DNA from: Bugula neritina
Lineage: Eukaryota; Animalia; Bryozoa
Assembly: GCA_964035545.1 (NCBI GenBank)
Contig: OZ037768.1
Coordinates: 4,434,741-4,498,740, forward strand
Length of the DNA: 64,000 nucleotides
Direction: 5' to 3'
Under the pieces are notes generated by a model. That model was not told where the DNA came from. It did not search any database and was given only the letters and a program-made list of their open reading frames with translations. A program made the position numbers and the translations under genes. This document shows, piece after piece, positions 12,601 through 26,292 of this stretch (position 1 is its first letter; each line of letters begins with the position of its first letter).

Positions 12601-15600
12601 TGGAGACTGGAAAGTGACGACTATAAATGACAGGAAACTGTTCAGAGACGTAGAGCAGGCTCTCAAGTCTATGGGGGTTGGTGCTGCAGAATCTGAGACC
12701 CTGTGGAAAGTGGTGGCAGCAGTTCTCCATCTGGTGAGAGTAAATTCAACTTGTTTGAACGTGACATTTAATGAGAGAATCCAATTGGCAAGGTCATAGC
12801 ACACAAAGCAAAGGTCAAAACTAAAGCACTGCTATCAGTTAGAAATAAATTTTTTTTTATAACTCATTAGCTAGACTGTGATAAGCTTGTTTGCTTCAAA
12901 TCAGTAAGTCTGTTTGGTATCATGTTTGTTTTGTGACGTCGTAATGGGTTTGATTTACTACTGTTACTTGCAAAGATGTAATATTATACCTGGACTATTG
13001 CTTCATGGGTGTGCATCATTTCATCTCACTGTAATAATAATTTACTCTTTTATGAATGCTTTAGCTACCGTGTTCAGTGAAGTGAGGTGAGGTGGAACCC
13101 CACACCTCACTGACTCACACATCACCCCATCACATCCCCTAATAACTTATGGCTGATGTATGCCAGCCTTACTCACTGCTCATGATCTCACCTCTGATTC
13201 ACACCTCTTCCTGTTGATCTGTTGTGTGTTTACTAGTCTTTCAGCTGCACAATAAACAGTTTCTGAATAAACTATATTTTTTGTGTAATCTAATTTTTCT
13301 TGCAGGGTGCATGGACTTGAAAACCACTGCTTTTGTAGTAGACAGGTATTGAAATGCGGACTTGTTTCTTCTCTACGAACTACACAATCATTTTCGTGAT
13401 GCGTGTAGCCTGTAGCTCATGTGAAATGTTCTAATTTTTGCAGGGTGAGCTAAACTTTGAAGAGAAACCCACCCGCAGCAATGCCCATGAGGTTGTGGTG
13501 ACAACTAAGGCCGTGGCAAAGCATCTCGCAGAGTTGCTGTCGGTGTCGGAGGAAAAGCTGCTGAAAACCTTGTGTTTCAGAGTTGTGGCAGCGGGCGGTG
13601 ATGTCGTTGAGAAAGGACATACTGAAAAAGAGGCTTTGTTTGCTAAGGATGCCTTTGCTAAGGTGAGCAGTGATAAGATACGTTCTATGTGCTATAAACA
13701 CCCTCCTTTGTGAAAATTGAACTTCTGAATGACTTTTCTTATTATCAAATTGAATTTCTACGCATCATGTAGCAAAGATTATTGTTTATTTTACTTCTCA
13801 CTTGGACCATTGTTTGATATCGTGCTATAACCCATATTTTGTATTGACATTTTACACAGAATTCCTTTATTATTATAACATAATCCATCATATGAAGGCC
13901 GAAGAATTGTACATCTGCTGCATATACTGCATATACTGTATATACATCCTATACTAATGACTACAAGGTGTTAGTTAGTTGTTACACAACAATGCAGTGT
14001 ATAGATACAGTATATGTAGAAAGGTCCATCAGCCAGTACATACCCTGCAAGGGTGTATTTCCCTGTCCTTATCTTCTAATTACTGTGAGATAACTGGCCC
14101 ACGCCAAATCTGCATATTTTATGATAAATGCAGCACATTTACTGTTACTTTAAAGACTTCTGTTTTAGTAATACTGGCATATATTATACATTATTACTCA
14201 TGATACAGAAGCTATGTAATCTCAACGTGATAGTTTTATCACTACTGTTGTCATAGAATGCTGTTATCTGAAGCTGCAGTAGTTTTGCAAGTTTATAGTT
14301 CTCATTATTTATTCATGTAAAGAGAATATTTTACTTCTCTGCTCGAATGCTTCTATAAGCACTTTGTCGCACAAAGCGACAGGAAATGAATATAATACCG
14401 TTTGCCGTCTCCTGGTACACATAATATATGTAACAGCATCTGCTAAGTTAACGTCAGCAACTGCAACCCATTGTTCCTCATGCAGAGGATTTTGGCTACA
14501 ATCTTTTTATTGTTTGTGTTGGCTTATTTCTCCTCATTATAGCTTTTGTTATTAGACATATGATGTCATATCTATCTTCATTAATATCAGAGTTTGTAAT
14601 CACTACTTATTCCTGTGTATCTTTGCACGTAACTTTGTTGTTCTCTTTGTTGTGTGGTACTTAATTGGTTGCCGTTTGTTGTAGAATCTGTATGACCGCA
14701 TGTTTACCTGGGTGGTAGCTACGTTGAACAGTGTAATACACTTAGAGAAAGATATTCGTAGGCACGGGGCTGGCTCCGTTATCGGCGTGCTTGATATTTA
14801 TGGCTTTGAGATATTTGATGACAACAGGTATGCAAATTGTGCAAGGTGCCCTCTCATTTGACATGTAATGACAAGTTCCCCTATCAGTTGTGTCTGCTAC
14901 ATGTTATACACTCAAGAATGCTGGCTGCATGTTCTTAATCTGCTCTATAATTGACTTGCAGTGTGTTCAGCACTATATGCACAAGTATAAAGCCCATAGT
15001 AAAGGACTATATGTCTATTGTCAAACTCCTAATGTTTAACCTGTGACAGCCAACCAAACCAAGTCATGCTAAAGTTGTTGGTGCCCATCCCTTTTATACT
15101 TATTAAAAAGTAGTTTATTATTCGAAACATTGACTTTGGCATGAAAGTATGTGTAGAAAATAATTGCATTTTCACAACTCCTAGCTTAGTTCTCTGTTCA
15201 CTTGAATATTGGTTTTTATTATATTGGTTTTAATACTTGGACTAGTTTTGAGCAGTTCTGTATCAACTACTGCAATGAGAAGCTGCAGCAGCTGTTCATA
15301 GAGTTGGTGCTGAAGCAGGAGCAAGATGAGTACACGAAGGAAGGGATTACCTGGGTACAGGTCAGTGATACTAACTCGTAATAGTAATACTAGTAGTACT
15401 ACTACTAGCAATAGTACTACTAGCGATAGTACTACTAGCGATAGTACTACTAGCGATAGTACTACTAGCAATAGTACTACTAGCGATAGTACTACTAGTG
15501 ATAGTACTACTAGTGATAGTAATAATAGTAATAGTACTACTAGTGATTATAATACTAGTGATAGGACTACTGATACTACTGGTGATATTACCTCATCACT

Positions 15601-18600
15601 CTTGCTGCTAATAATTCTAAATATACTTCACTATGAGATTTAAACGCTGTGTTATCTGTCATAATTTTTCTAATAATTCAGTTTCTAACCGGCAGAGATA
15701 TTGTCAAGGTTATTGCTAGTGGTTGTCATAGATGTGCTCCGGTGAATGGCCCTCACATATATAAATGCACACTATGAATAAATTGAGTATAATTTATATA
15801 GGTCACACTGTAATACATGTGTATATAGGTCACACTGTAATACATGTATATATAGGTCACACTGTAATACATATGTATATAGGTCACACTGTAATACATA
15901 CATGTATATAGGTCACACTGTAATACATGTGTATATAGGTCACACTGTAATACATGTATATATAGGTCACGCTGTAATACATGTGTATATAGGTCACACT
16001 GTAATACATGTGTATGTAGGTCACACTGTAATACATGTGTAGATAGGTCACACTGTAATACATGTGTAGATAGGTCACACTGTAATACATATGTATATAG
16101 GTCACACTGTAATACATATGTATATAGGTCACACTGTAATACATACATGTATATAGGTCACACTGTAATACATGTGTATATAGGTCACACTGTAATACAT
16201 GTATATATAGGTCACGCTGTAATACATGTGTATATAGGTCACACTGTAATACATGTGTATGTAGGTCACACTGTAATACATGTGTAGATAGGTCACACTG
16301 TAATACATGTGTAGATAGGTCACACTGTAATACATATGTATATAGGTCACACTGTAATACATATGTATATAGGTCACACTGTAATACATATGTATATAGG
16401 TCACACTGTAATATATGTGTATGTAGGTCACACTGTAATACATGTGTATATGATACTGCATTACATACACCTACACCACAATGTTGCCCATTTACCAACT
16501 CAATTTGAGTTGCAGTTTTTTCTAATATGTTATTTTTTGCAAGAGTCTCGAAGCCATATCTGTGTTGATAACACTCAGTTGATAGTCTCACAAACTCAAC
16601 ATGTTTTGTTTACACAGAGCATTTACTGAGGTACTTGTAGGAGTTGAAGTTCTTCAATATTTGGTTTAATCTTATTCATCAACATAGTGTTGTTACCAAT
16701 CAATAGATATTCAATTTAGTTGTATCATTTTAATGTTTCCTCACTGATGTTATTAGAATACCAGACCTACTTCATACTATATCTAAGATCACAATCTAAC
16801 CCTGTACAGCATATAGTATAAACTGTTCGAATGTATCATGATTTTAGTGTCTCTGTAACACAGTAATGGCTTCTTCAATTCTAATTCTAGATTGAATACT
16901 TCAACAATAAGCCTATCTGTGATTTGGTGGACAAGCCAAGACAAGGCATAATGGCTGTGTTAGATGATGCATGCTTCGGTGTGGGAAAGGTTACAGACCA
17001 GGTATATACCTGACTATCTTTCTGTATCAGACCGCAATGTTGGGGAACCCCTGCACCCCCCCCCCGCATGCATTGGTATATGTATCATGAAGAGTTGTCT
17101 TCACAGGAAATAAGTCATGTTATAAACCACAATACCCAGTCAAAAAGTTCAAACTCTGCTAAGCAAAAACTTTTAAGTAAATATTATTGGGTATAAGTTT
17201 AATATAATTGAAAATTGTATAGAAATTGCAAAGGTTTTCCCACATGTAATATATATTATTTCAGCCATGATTATATTTTGTTACTGAATAATAACATGTT
17301 TTACTTTAATCCTAGCTTGATGTAGTGAGATGATGTAATAAGTATGGTGTTACTTCATGGTTCTTTGAAAGAATTGCTCAGTTCTAATACAAGTAACCAC
17401 CCTCTCAAAATATGCAAATATTAGCTGATAAAAATGGAATCACCAAATGTTGTTTTGAGTATGGCTGTATCACTCGCCCACACTATTTAGGTCACGCCTA
17501 CACTATGTAGGTCATGTCTGCTGTTTAATTCTATGAAACTGATACAATATGATGTGACCTCTAATCAAACACAGCAGTTACCCTTTTTCTGTGCTTGTAT
17601 CAGTGCTGTTTACAACGAGATTCCTATTACTGTTTTCTCATTTCACTACAATTTCTATTTTTAGCTGTTCTTGGAAGCCATGGACAAACAACTTGGAAAT
17701 AATGCTCATTATAGCAGCAGAGGGGTGAGTGTTGCTCAGTGTTGAGTATACCAACATTACTGTGTGTTACTTTATGATGTACTTACACTATGACCAGGGT
17801 GTGTGCGGTATTATTATGTAGGCTTTTATATGTCCAAATAGATATACACGCCCCCTACACACTGTAGGCACACATGTATACACACTGCATACACACTGTA
17901 TGTTCACATGTATACAGTGTATACAGTGTATGTACACACTGTATACACTTACCATGTAGTTATAAAAACTGTTTAACTTAAATCACATGTACTTACCTTA
18001 CAGGTTATATATTATGTATACACTGCATAACATGCAGTGTGCATCTCAGTTTATTCCCAATGAAAATCTTTAATATTTATTACCTGAAATTCTATATTCA
18101 ATCTGTGAGAAAAGCTATAGTTTTTTCTTAATGTTTGGAGGAAATACTCGTACCTGATGGGTTTTTAATATTAAAAGCTCACTAGGTCTGTATTTGACAA
18201 AATTGGGCAAATCTTCTATTTTGACATACTTGGAGTTATGTCATCTTATACATTCATGAGAAGATAACTCCTGTGTGTTATCATATATATCTGCACAGCT
18301 GCTATTTGTTTGCAGACGGACAGGTCAGATAAGACGCTGGTTCATGGCAGAGACTTCAGAGTGAAGCACTACGCTGGAAACGTGACGTACAGCACGGAGA
18401 ATTTCATCATAAAGAACAAGGACACTCTGTTCCAGGACTTCAAGAGACTCATGTATGGCAGGTAGGTTTGTTTCACTTATTATGCTGAATCTGGGCTATT
18501 GTGTTATGCATTTAATTATTTTATTGGGTTTACGTTGTAAGATGTGTGGCATTTCTATTTCTCTAAACTATTGTTATTAGCTGTTAGGTAGGCATATTTC

Positions 18601-21600
18601 CATGTACTTGAGTATAAGGCCTACAGAATTTATGCTATTGTACTCTGTACTATCAGAAAATTGTGGGCCACTGAATGTACTGAATCGGCCATAAAACCTG
18701 AATTTCATGATATAGGAATGCAATGATGTCACATACGTGCATTATGTAAGGTTAATTGATACCCCAGTAATACTTCTAGAGACGTGTTTGCCCTCCAACA
18801 CTGTAAACTCTAGTTTTGCTCTGTAAACTATGCTAGTTGAATTCAGTAGACTTTCAGCTCTCTACTGGCATTAAGACTATATGTCAGAAGGCCTTTAGAA
18901 GTTTCCAAGTTTAGTATTTAAATGTAACCAGAGATATTTTCATTTAGTATGGAGTTATCTTCTCCTATGCATTATACAAATGTATCATTTAGTTCAAATC
19001 CGGTGCTGGCAGAGATGTTCCCAGATGGAGATAAGCATGTGCAGGAAGTCACTAAGCGACCAGAAAGTGCCGGTACTCACTTTAAGAACTCCATCATTTC
19101 TCTAGTTGACAACTTGGCTACAAAGGTGAATTTATTTATAGCTGCATTGTTTATGGGCAAGCCTCTCTCTTTAGCAAATGTAGTGCTCATAATTTCATCT
19201 TTGATTAGTAATAATTTTTTGCAATGTTGAGATAGTGTTTCCTCAGTTTTTTAAAAAGTAATTTTAAGCTAAATAAAATTTTGTTCCCTCTTTGAGTCTA
19301 GTTGGAGTTGTCTCTCTTTTCTACTTGAGTTGAAGTAACTAGAAATACTTTATTCAATATTATTTATTAATACTAGAGTTTGCTTTGCTGTGCTGTGTAT
19401 TAGCTGTACCCAGTGTTACTGTACTATATACTGTGTGTTACTGTACTATATACTGTGTGTTACTGTACTATATACCGTGTTACTGTACTATGTACTGTGT
19501 TACTGTACTATGTACTGTGTTACTGTACTATGTACTGTGTTACTGTACTATATACCGTGTTACTGTACTATGTACTGTGTTACTGTACTATGTACTGTGT
19601 TACTGTACTATGTACTGTGTTACTGTACTATATACTGTATCGTAATGTTTAGACACCACACTACGTACGCTGCATCAAGCCTAATGAGATTAAATCTCCC
19701 AACTCGTTTGACGAAGAGAGAGTGCGTCACCAAATTGCGTATCTGGGACTACTTGAAAATGTCAAGGTCAGGCGAGCTGGTTTTGCTTTCCGAATGCTCT
19801 ACACTAGATTTCTGGCCAGGTACGTTGCTGCTCTTATATTCCTGTTTGTGATATGACTAAGTTTTATAACTCGTACTAACGTAGTTGCGGTGTGTTTATT
19901 GATGAGTGTAAATGGCATTCAACTCAGCCAAGTAATGGTTTACTTTGCCTATCAATTTAATGCCTCCGGGGAATATCCGTTAGTTACTGACATACGTGGT
20001 GAGATAATTACAAAGGTCTACTTTAACTAAGACTAAGTTCTTCAAATATACTGCAGGTACAAGATGCTGAGTAAAGAGACGTGGCCCACATACCGTGGCC
20101 GAGTGGAAGACGGCTGTAGGGCTATACTCTCTAAAGAAGGTCTACTAGATGACGTGCAGTTTGGACTCACCAAAATCTTTATCAAGACACCAAAATCCTT
20201 GTTTAGTTTAGAAGCCAGTCGTTCGGCTAGAATACCTCCCATAGTTCTGTTCCTGCAGAAGGTACGCTTTCTCTGCTCTTTGCTGCTGGAGGTAGAAAAG
20301 CTCATTTTAACTGGCTGTTGTACTTGCGTGGGCCGCTGCCTTGTTTTTACTGGATGCTGCTGTCTCATCATGTTCTATAAATAATCCGCAAAGTTACGTA
20401 GCGTTGCTCTTACTTCCAGGCTATACTCTATAGGGTATTGTGCTTTCACTCAGTATTGATGTTGGCTTATAGAACACTGGTCAATATCTACGCTATGGGC
20501 ATTCAGTAGACTGCAGCTCTATTAGCTAATCAAACGCTGACATTCATGTTACTGTAACAGTCGTATCTTTAGCCTGACGGCAGCTTTGTACATCTGCCTA
20601 GTCAGCCGAAGTATAAGAGAGTTCAGCCGCTGACTATAAGATACCAACTAGAGTGCTGCCAGATTACAAACTGTTTCTTAGCCCTAGTTTTACAGTATAA
20701 ATTTGTCATTCAGAATAACACACCGACCCGTATTTAATATGGGTGAGTTGTTGGCTGGAATTCAGGCAAGAACTGTCGATGCCCATTGCCCAAATTTTGA
20801 AAACTCTTTAGATTTTCTTAGAAAACCCCCATTTTACCTGTATAAACTGTTGAGTATATCATAGCCAGACCTTGCAATAGATATGGTTATCTGTTACAGC
20901 ATTGGCGTGGTGGATTGGCAAGAAGGATGGTAGCTAAGATGAAAGCCATACGAATCATCGTCACTCGCTTCAGACGCTACAAGCTGAGAAGATATGTTGT
21001 GAGTTTGGTGGAAAAACTCAAGTGAGTATATCGTGCATTTCTGTGTGTATGCTGCAGTGTGTACAGTGTAGTGTGCATTGTATACTGTAATATGTATTGT
21101 ATACTGTAGTGTGTATTGTACGGTGTAGTGTGTATTGTACGGTGTAGTGTGTATTGTACGGTGTAGTGTGTACTGTATACTGTGTAGTGTGTACTGTGTA
21201 GTGTGTATTGTATACTGTGTAGTGTGTACTGTATACTGTGTAGTGTGTACTGTATACTGTGTAGTGTGTACTGTATACTGTGTAGTGTGTATTGTATACT
21301 GTGTAGTGTGTACTGTATACTGTGTAGTGTTGTATTGTACAGTGTAGTGGGTACTGTATACTGTGTAGTGTGGTATGTATTGTATACTGTGGCATATACT
21401 GTTTACTGTACAGTACGTACTGTTCATATACCAGAAATATATTATACGTATGTGTGTAGGTATGCAAAATCAATGAAGGATTATGGGAAGAGTATAGAAT
21501 GGCCGGCACCTCCTAAAGTTCTCAGTGGGTTTGTAGACGAGTTGCGCAGAGCCTACAGAATGTAAGTCTACGTCTATGTGTTTATGATAATCTTGCACTC

Positions 21601-24464
21601 TGGTCCCCGTAGCTGTTGGGAACACAGGCTATGTCTCTGCAAGTCGTATTGTGTGGGTTTACTGCTGTAGCTGGTATTGTGAATTCAGTATTGAAAACTG
21701 AAAAGTATGGTGTTTCACATGTTATACTGATGTAGTGTATTGTTATGTGGTGTTTTTATACACTATTAACACATAAGTTGGTATACTATGCTGATACATA
21801 GTATACTGACACATATTATACTGATACATAGTGTGTTGACACATAGTGTGCTGACACATAGTATGCTGACACATAGTATGCTGACACATAGTATACTGAT
21901 ACATGGTGTGCTGATACATAGTGTGCTGATACATATTATACTGATACATAGTGTGCTGACACATAGTGTGCTGACACATAGTATGCTGACACATAGTATG
22001 CTGACACATAGTATACTGATACATGGTGTGCTGATACATAGTGTGCTGATGCATGGTATGCTGATACATAGTATACTGATACATGGTGTGCTGATACATA
22101 GTGTGCTGATACATAGTATGCTGATACATAGTATGCTGACACATAGTATACTGATACATAGTATGCTGATACCTCTTGACAGATGGAGGGCCAGGATGAT
22201 ACTCTCCAAGGTAAAGTCAGACGAGTGGCCTGTGCTCAGGCTCAAAGTTGCGGCTGCAGAAGAACTCATGGGTAAAAGAAAAGACTGGGGCCAGTCGAGA
22301 AAGTTGTGGAGAGGATCCTATCTGGCCGGGGTATGTGCTAGGGCAGTACAGCTTCTTCTGTACTGTAGGGTGGGGCCTTGGATAGGGTGTGTCTTATATT
22401 GTAAGGTGTGGCCTAGGATAGGGTGGAGCCTTGGATAGGTTGTGTCCTAGGGTAGGGTGTGTAGTATACTGTAGGGTGTGCCAGAGCCCTGGTAGGAAAT
22501 AATATGGGAACATGAATATGTTGTGAAAACAACCAACTTTACTGGCTGAACAACATGTGTGTTTATTATTGAGTATGTTATGAGTAGTCATATGCATGTT
22601 TGATGTTCAATAAGTAAACACACTCGGGTATTATGACAGGAAATAGGATATTGGGTTTAAATTATATTACATGTTTGAGTTATACACCTGCAGTTGTATA
22701 TATCTTACTCGCTCTACCACTCCAGGTACTACATAGTATTATATTATCATGTGTTACCTTCAGTTGTGACATTTTGACATGTTTTTCGTTAACCTGTCAG
22801 CCTTTGCTTACAGGATGGCAACTTCCGTCAGGTGGTTGATGCTTTGCAGAGGAAGGATCACTTTAACTCAATACTTTTTTCTCACCGTGTGCTCAAAGTA
22901 AACAAGTGGCATCAAAATCATCAGCGAGCTGTGCTCATTACCGACCAGTTCATATATAAACTTGATCCTGGTAAAAAGTCCACTTACAAAATGTTGGAGA
23001 AATTTCCAATTGTCAATGTAAGTTGATGGCAGTTTATTGTTTTTAGAGAACTATTACAAGATTTTTTGACAATATTTACATTGTTCAGGATATTTCATTA
23101 TAGCTCATGTAAGTTTGATTTGTTTCACGAACAACTGAAAGAAATTGTCTCCCTCTGTCGTCTCCTTCTGTCTGTATGTCGAGCTACTATTTCATCTGTA
23201 GATCACGAGTATAAGTGTGACGGGCAACTCTGACCAACTGGCTATCATACACTTGGACGGCGGCAATGACCTCGTCTTCCATCTTGCTGCCGATGCCAAT
23301 GAGGACAGAGTGGGGGAACTTGTTGGCACCCTCAACAGTCTTTGGCAAAGGTTGGTTCCCTAGTTTAACCTTCTTCCTTCAACTTAGCTACTGGTAACCG
23401 TGTTTTATTGATGTCTTTTTGATACATTGGCAGAGCAGTCTTTATATAAGTCAATTATAGAAATTCTCTCTCTATTATCTCAATATATTCTAAAGTAAGA
23501 CAAATAAACGTTTTAAATGAGTTTTTTTTAAATGGACAATATTGTATCATTGAATATAATAGAAATATTGGTGATTACACAGGCTATTCAGATGGCGAAA
23601 TTATTCAGTCAGCTTTTAAAGGGTTTGGCTACACAAAACAATTTATTTCAGCATAAAAAATATTTTGTTAAAATATAACGATAATTTTTGCACTGGGCAT
23701 TTCTAATGTATACATGTATTTGTTAAGCCTTTTAAAACATTATGATATCAAAATTATAAATTATTCTCAAATTATTAAATTACTACTCTTCATTGAGGAA
23801 TTTTCTCTATTTTTTAGTTTGCTTTTAGATAAAAAAGTGAACTAAAAATTGTTTCTTCTGGCGCATCTCTTTGAGATATACAAGCTGACATGTTCTATTG
23901 CATCTTGTCTTGCCTCACTTTATCTTAACTGAGCGACATCAAGTGCAATATAATTCTGTTTTATTGATTTTAAACTGAACTTCATTCAGCCGAGAACAAG
24001 AGTTAAATTAAAAGCTGGCTGAATAGATTGAAATATAATTAGTTTAGCAGTTTGCCGTGAGATGCAGTGCAACTGTATTGATGCAAGTCTGTGCATTAAG
24101 CTACTGTTATATTCAGCTGGTATTCAGTAGAGGATTGTTAGCTATTAATCAATAGATGTCCATGCTCAGAAGACATGAAGGGTTGTATCTATTTACCTAC
24201 TCCATGTTGTTCAACTAATTATATTTACTGAAATATTAGCACTGCAACTCATCTCTCTCAGCTTCTTCAGTTAGCCTGTGGTCTAGCCACTATTCCATCT
24301 ATTTTAGAAAGCAAAACCGCAATCTACGAGTGAGGGTTGGTGACCAGTTATCATGTATGCTGGGGAACAAGCCGAAGTGTATTATGGTGCAGCCTGGTGG
24401 TGGTGGTAGTAATGTGACCTTCAAGAAGGGCAACGTATCCGGAGAGATTGTTCTCTTCTGCTAA
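9612..24464 (+). CDS. MYO1D: Unconventional myosin-Id (class I myosin, MYO1D/Myo31DF group), 21 coding exons, 3021 nt / 1006 aa
   Basis: Exons 9612-9712, 9822-10030, 10208-10301, 10515-10680, 11866-11919, 12518-12733, 13444-13662, 14685-14827, 15246-15360, 16891-17001, 17665-17724, 18316-18461, 18993-19125, 19653-19819, 20057-20261, 20900-21021, 21460-21561, 22183-22330, 22814-23017, 23202-23350, 24308-24464. All are GT-AG and phase-consistent. Motifs: P-loop [56 protein letters not shown] motif ([12 protein letters not shown]), TH1 tail (RVGELVG). N-terminus [10 protein letters not shown] and the TH1 sequence are MYO1D/G type. Confidence 0.95.
15377..15588. repeat. 15-bp tandem repeat (GATAGTACTACTAGC)n just after a MYO1D donor
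   Basis: Visible period 15; translates as STTSD repeats in the ORF track. Confidence 0.9.
15795..16450. repeat. 27-bp minisatellite (TAGGTCACACTGTAATACATGTGTATA)n, ~24 copies, with a 245-bp higher-order duplication
   Basis: Period 27. The diagnostic variant CACGCTG recurs at 15971 and 16216 (245 = 8x27+29). Confidence 0.95.
19414..19640. repeat. 20-bp minisatellite (TACTGTACTATGTACTGTGT)n ending ~12 nt before a MYO1D acceptor
   Basis: Visible 20-nt period with 22-nt variants at the start. Confidence 0.95.
21050..21415. repeat. ~21-bp minisatellite (TGTACTGTATACTGTGTAGTG)n filling MYO1D intron 16
   Basis: Visible period; 7-aa repeats in the antisense ORFs. Confidence 0.9.
21780..22171. repeat. 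15-bp minisatellite (CTGATACATAGTATG)n with 120-bp higher-order block, ending 11 nt before a MYO1D acceptor
   Basis: Period 15; the 60-nt lines starting at 21841 and 21961 are identical. Confidence 0.95.
22355..22495. repeat. Degenerate G-rich ~18-bp repeat (TAGGGTGTG core)
   Basis: Recurrent TAGGGTG/TAAGGTG/TAGGTTG just after the donor at 22331. Confidence 0.6.
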
Positions 24465-26292
24465 TTGTGATTGGTCGCTTCTTGGTGGTTCCTGCCGTAG
24501 GAAGTACTCAAGGCTTTGAATATGCTTCTGTCGAGTCCCCAACTGTGATACAGCTACTTCTACAATTGCTGATTCTTTAGTTTGCCATCTCTTTAGTCTA
24601 AATCTATTTATATAGGTTTGTTTAGGTCATGTGCAATAGTGTTCAGAGGTTATTAGTTGGTTTCCTGAGATATTTTTGCAGTCTTTCTTCATGCTAACTT
24701 CTTATAAGCTATTGGTTTTGTCGCCCTAGTCATTTTTTATTCCTATATGATTAAAGATTTATATTTTTCATTTGAAGGCAGAATTATATTTTTTCAGTTG
24801 GCTAATGTTTGTTTTTGTGTGTTTGTATGCAGTTAGAAGAAATTTTGATTCACTGTTTTTTGCATTTTGTAGCGACGCATTTAGTTTTGATGTCTTAGTA
24901 AGCAAACTAACAAATATTTTGAATTTAGCTACTATATTATTAGACAATATTGCAAAGCCAACTCATGTTATGAATGCTACCAACTCCCTTTATAATATTC
25001 CAGATCTTCCATTATGTCTACATTGCTATATAGCTTGTTTTTTTTTTGTACTAATCATGCCTGTAATTAAGATCAAATCTGTAACAAACTCAGAAATTTT
25101 GTGATTCGTTTTTCGTAACGTTTAGACATTTTATTATATAACCAATCCATTGATTCACAATATATCAATTATTATGAAGCATTTAAGAAATAAACATTGT
25201 TGTTGCCAACTGATTCTTGTGTGCATAGAGAGAGTATTTGTATGTTTAGAGAAAGCAATGGATATTTTCTACAGCTACTCTACTGAAAGCATGACACTCC
25301 AGCACTTGATACAAATTACACAGTTAGCTTATAGCTGCAAGTGCAAAATAATAATCTAATTATTTAAATAGGAATGAAGCAGCATAAATTCAACACGAAG
25401 TAGGCTCTAAGCTGTTCAATTCTTTGCATATGAAGGAAATGGGCAATAATTGTCTATTGTCTATTGGTTGAGCATCTGTATTGTATTTCATTATTGACTT
25501 ATTGACAGAATAATAATAGTCTACATTTGGCTGCAGTAAAACACTGCATTAGTTCTAGCAGTTTTACTACAGGCTGGTTGCTAGTCTAATTTTACCTGCA
25601 TTTAGAAAGTTTATTAAATAACACAAGTAAAGACTTTTCTGGTTGAACTGTCAAATTTATTCTGTAAATGAAATATAATATATAACAAAAGCCTTCTAAT
25701 ATAGAGTTACTAGCATCTATCAGCATGGTTTATTCTAAATGAGTATTGGAAGCCACTTAATACCAGGTGGAGGTTGACTGGGGGAAAGCTTTTAATACAT
25801 ACAACTGACTAGATGAGTTAGCAACACAAAGTTTGGCACGTGTACACCCCCTCCCTAGTCCCTACCCATAACCTACATACAAATTAACTAAGTCTCGTAA
25901 ATAAACTATGATGGCCGAATTATAATACAACATGGAGAAATTTTAACAACACACATTACATAGCATGCACATGTATACATAATCTCAAGATAGATTCCCT
26001 GGGGAATATAATAACAAAAAGATATTATAAAGCTTCAACATTGATTTTCCCACACATACACACACATTTAAGTTAGTTTGTGAAGCCTTGAGTTTCATCA
26101 AAAGTTATTGATTAGCTAAAACTGTGTTGGGGACTTCAACCCAATGGCAGAATATTAGTGTATGGTAGTAAAATATTTACTCTGCATATTGGTGAAGTTA
26201 AAAATACTTAATACGAGCTAGGTTTTACTTCACACAAACAATTTGAATATTCTGATATTTTTGTCAACAATTGTTGTGTAAATTCATAGCGA

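Noticed and set aside
13081-13111. Hairpin AGTGAGGTG...CACCTCACT as an intronic miRNA
   Set aside because: The stem is only ~9 bp and lies within CACCT/CAC low-complexity sequence.
15326-22269. Long repetitive ORFs ([30 protein letters not shown])
   Set aside because: Translations of intronic minisatellites, often open in several frames or on both strands; not genes.
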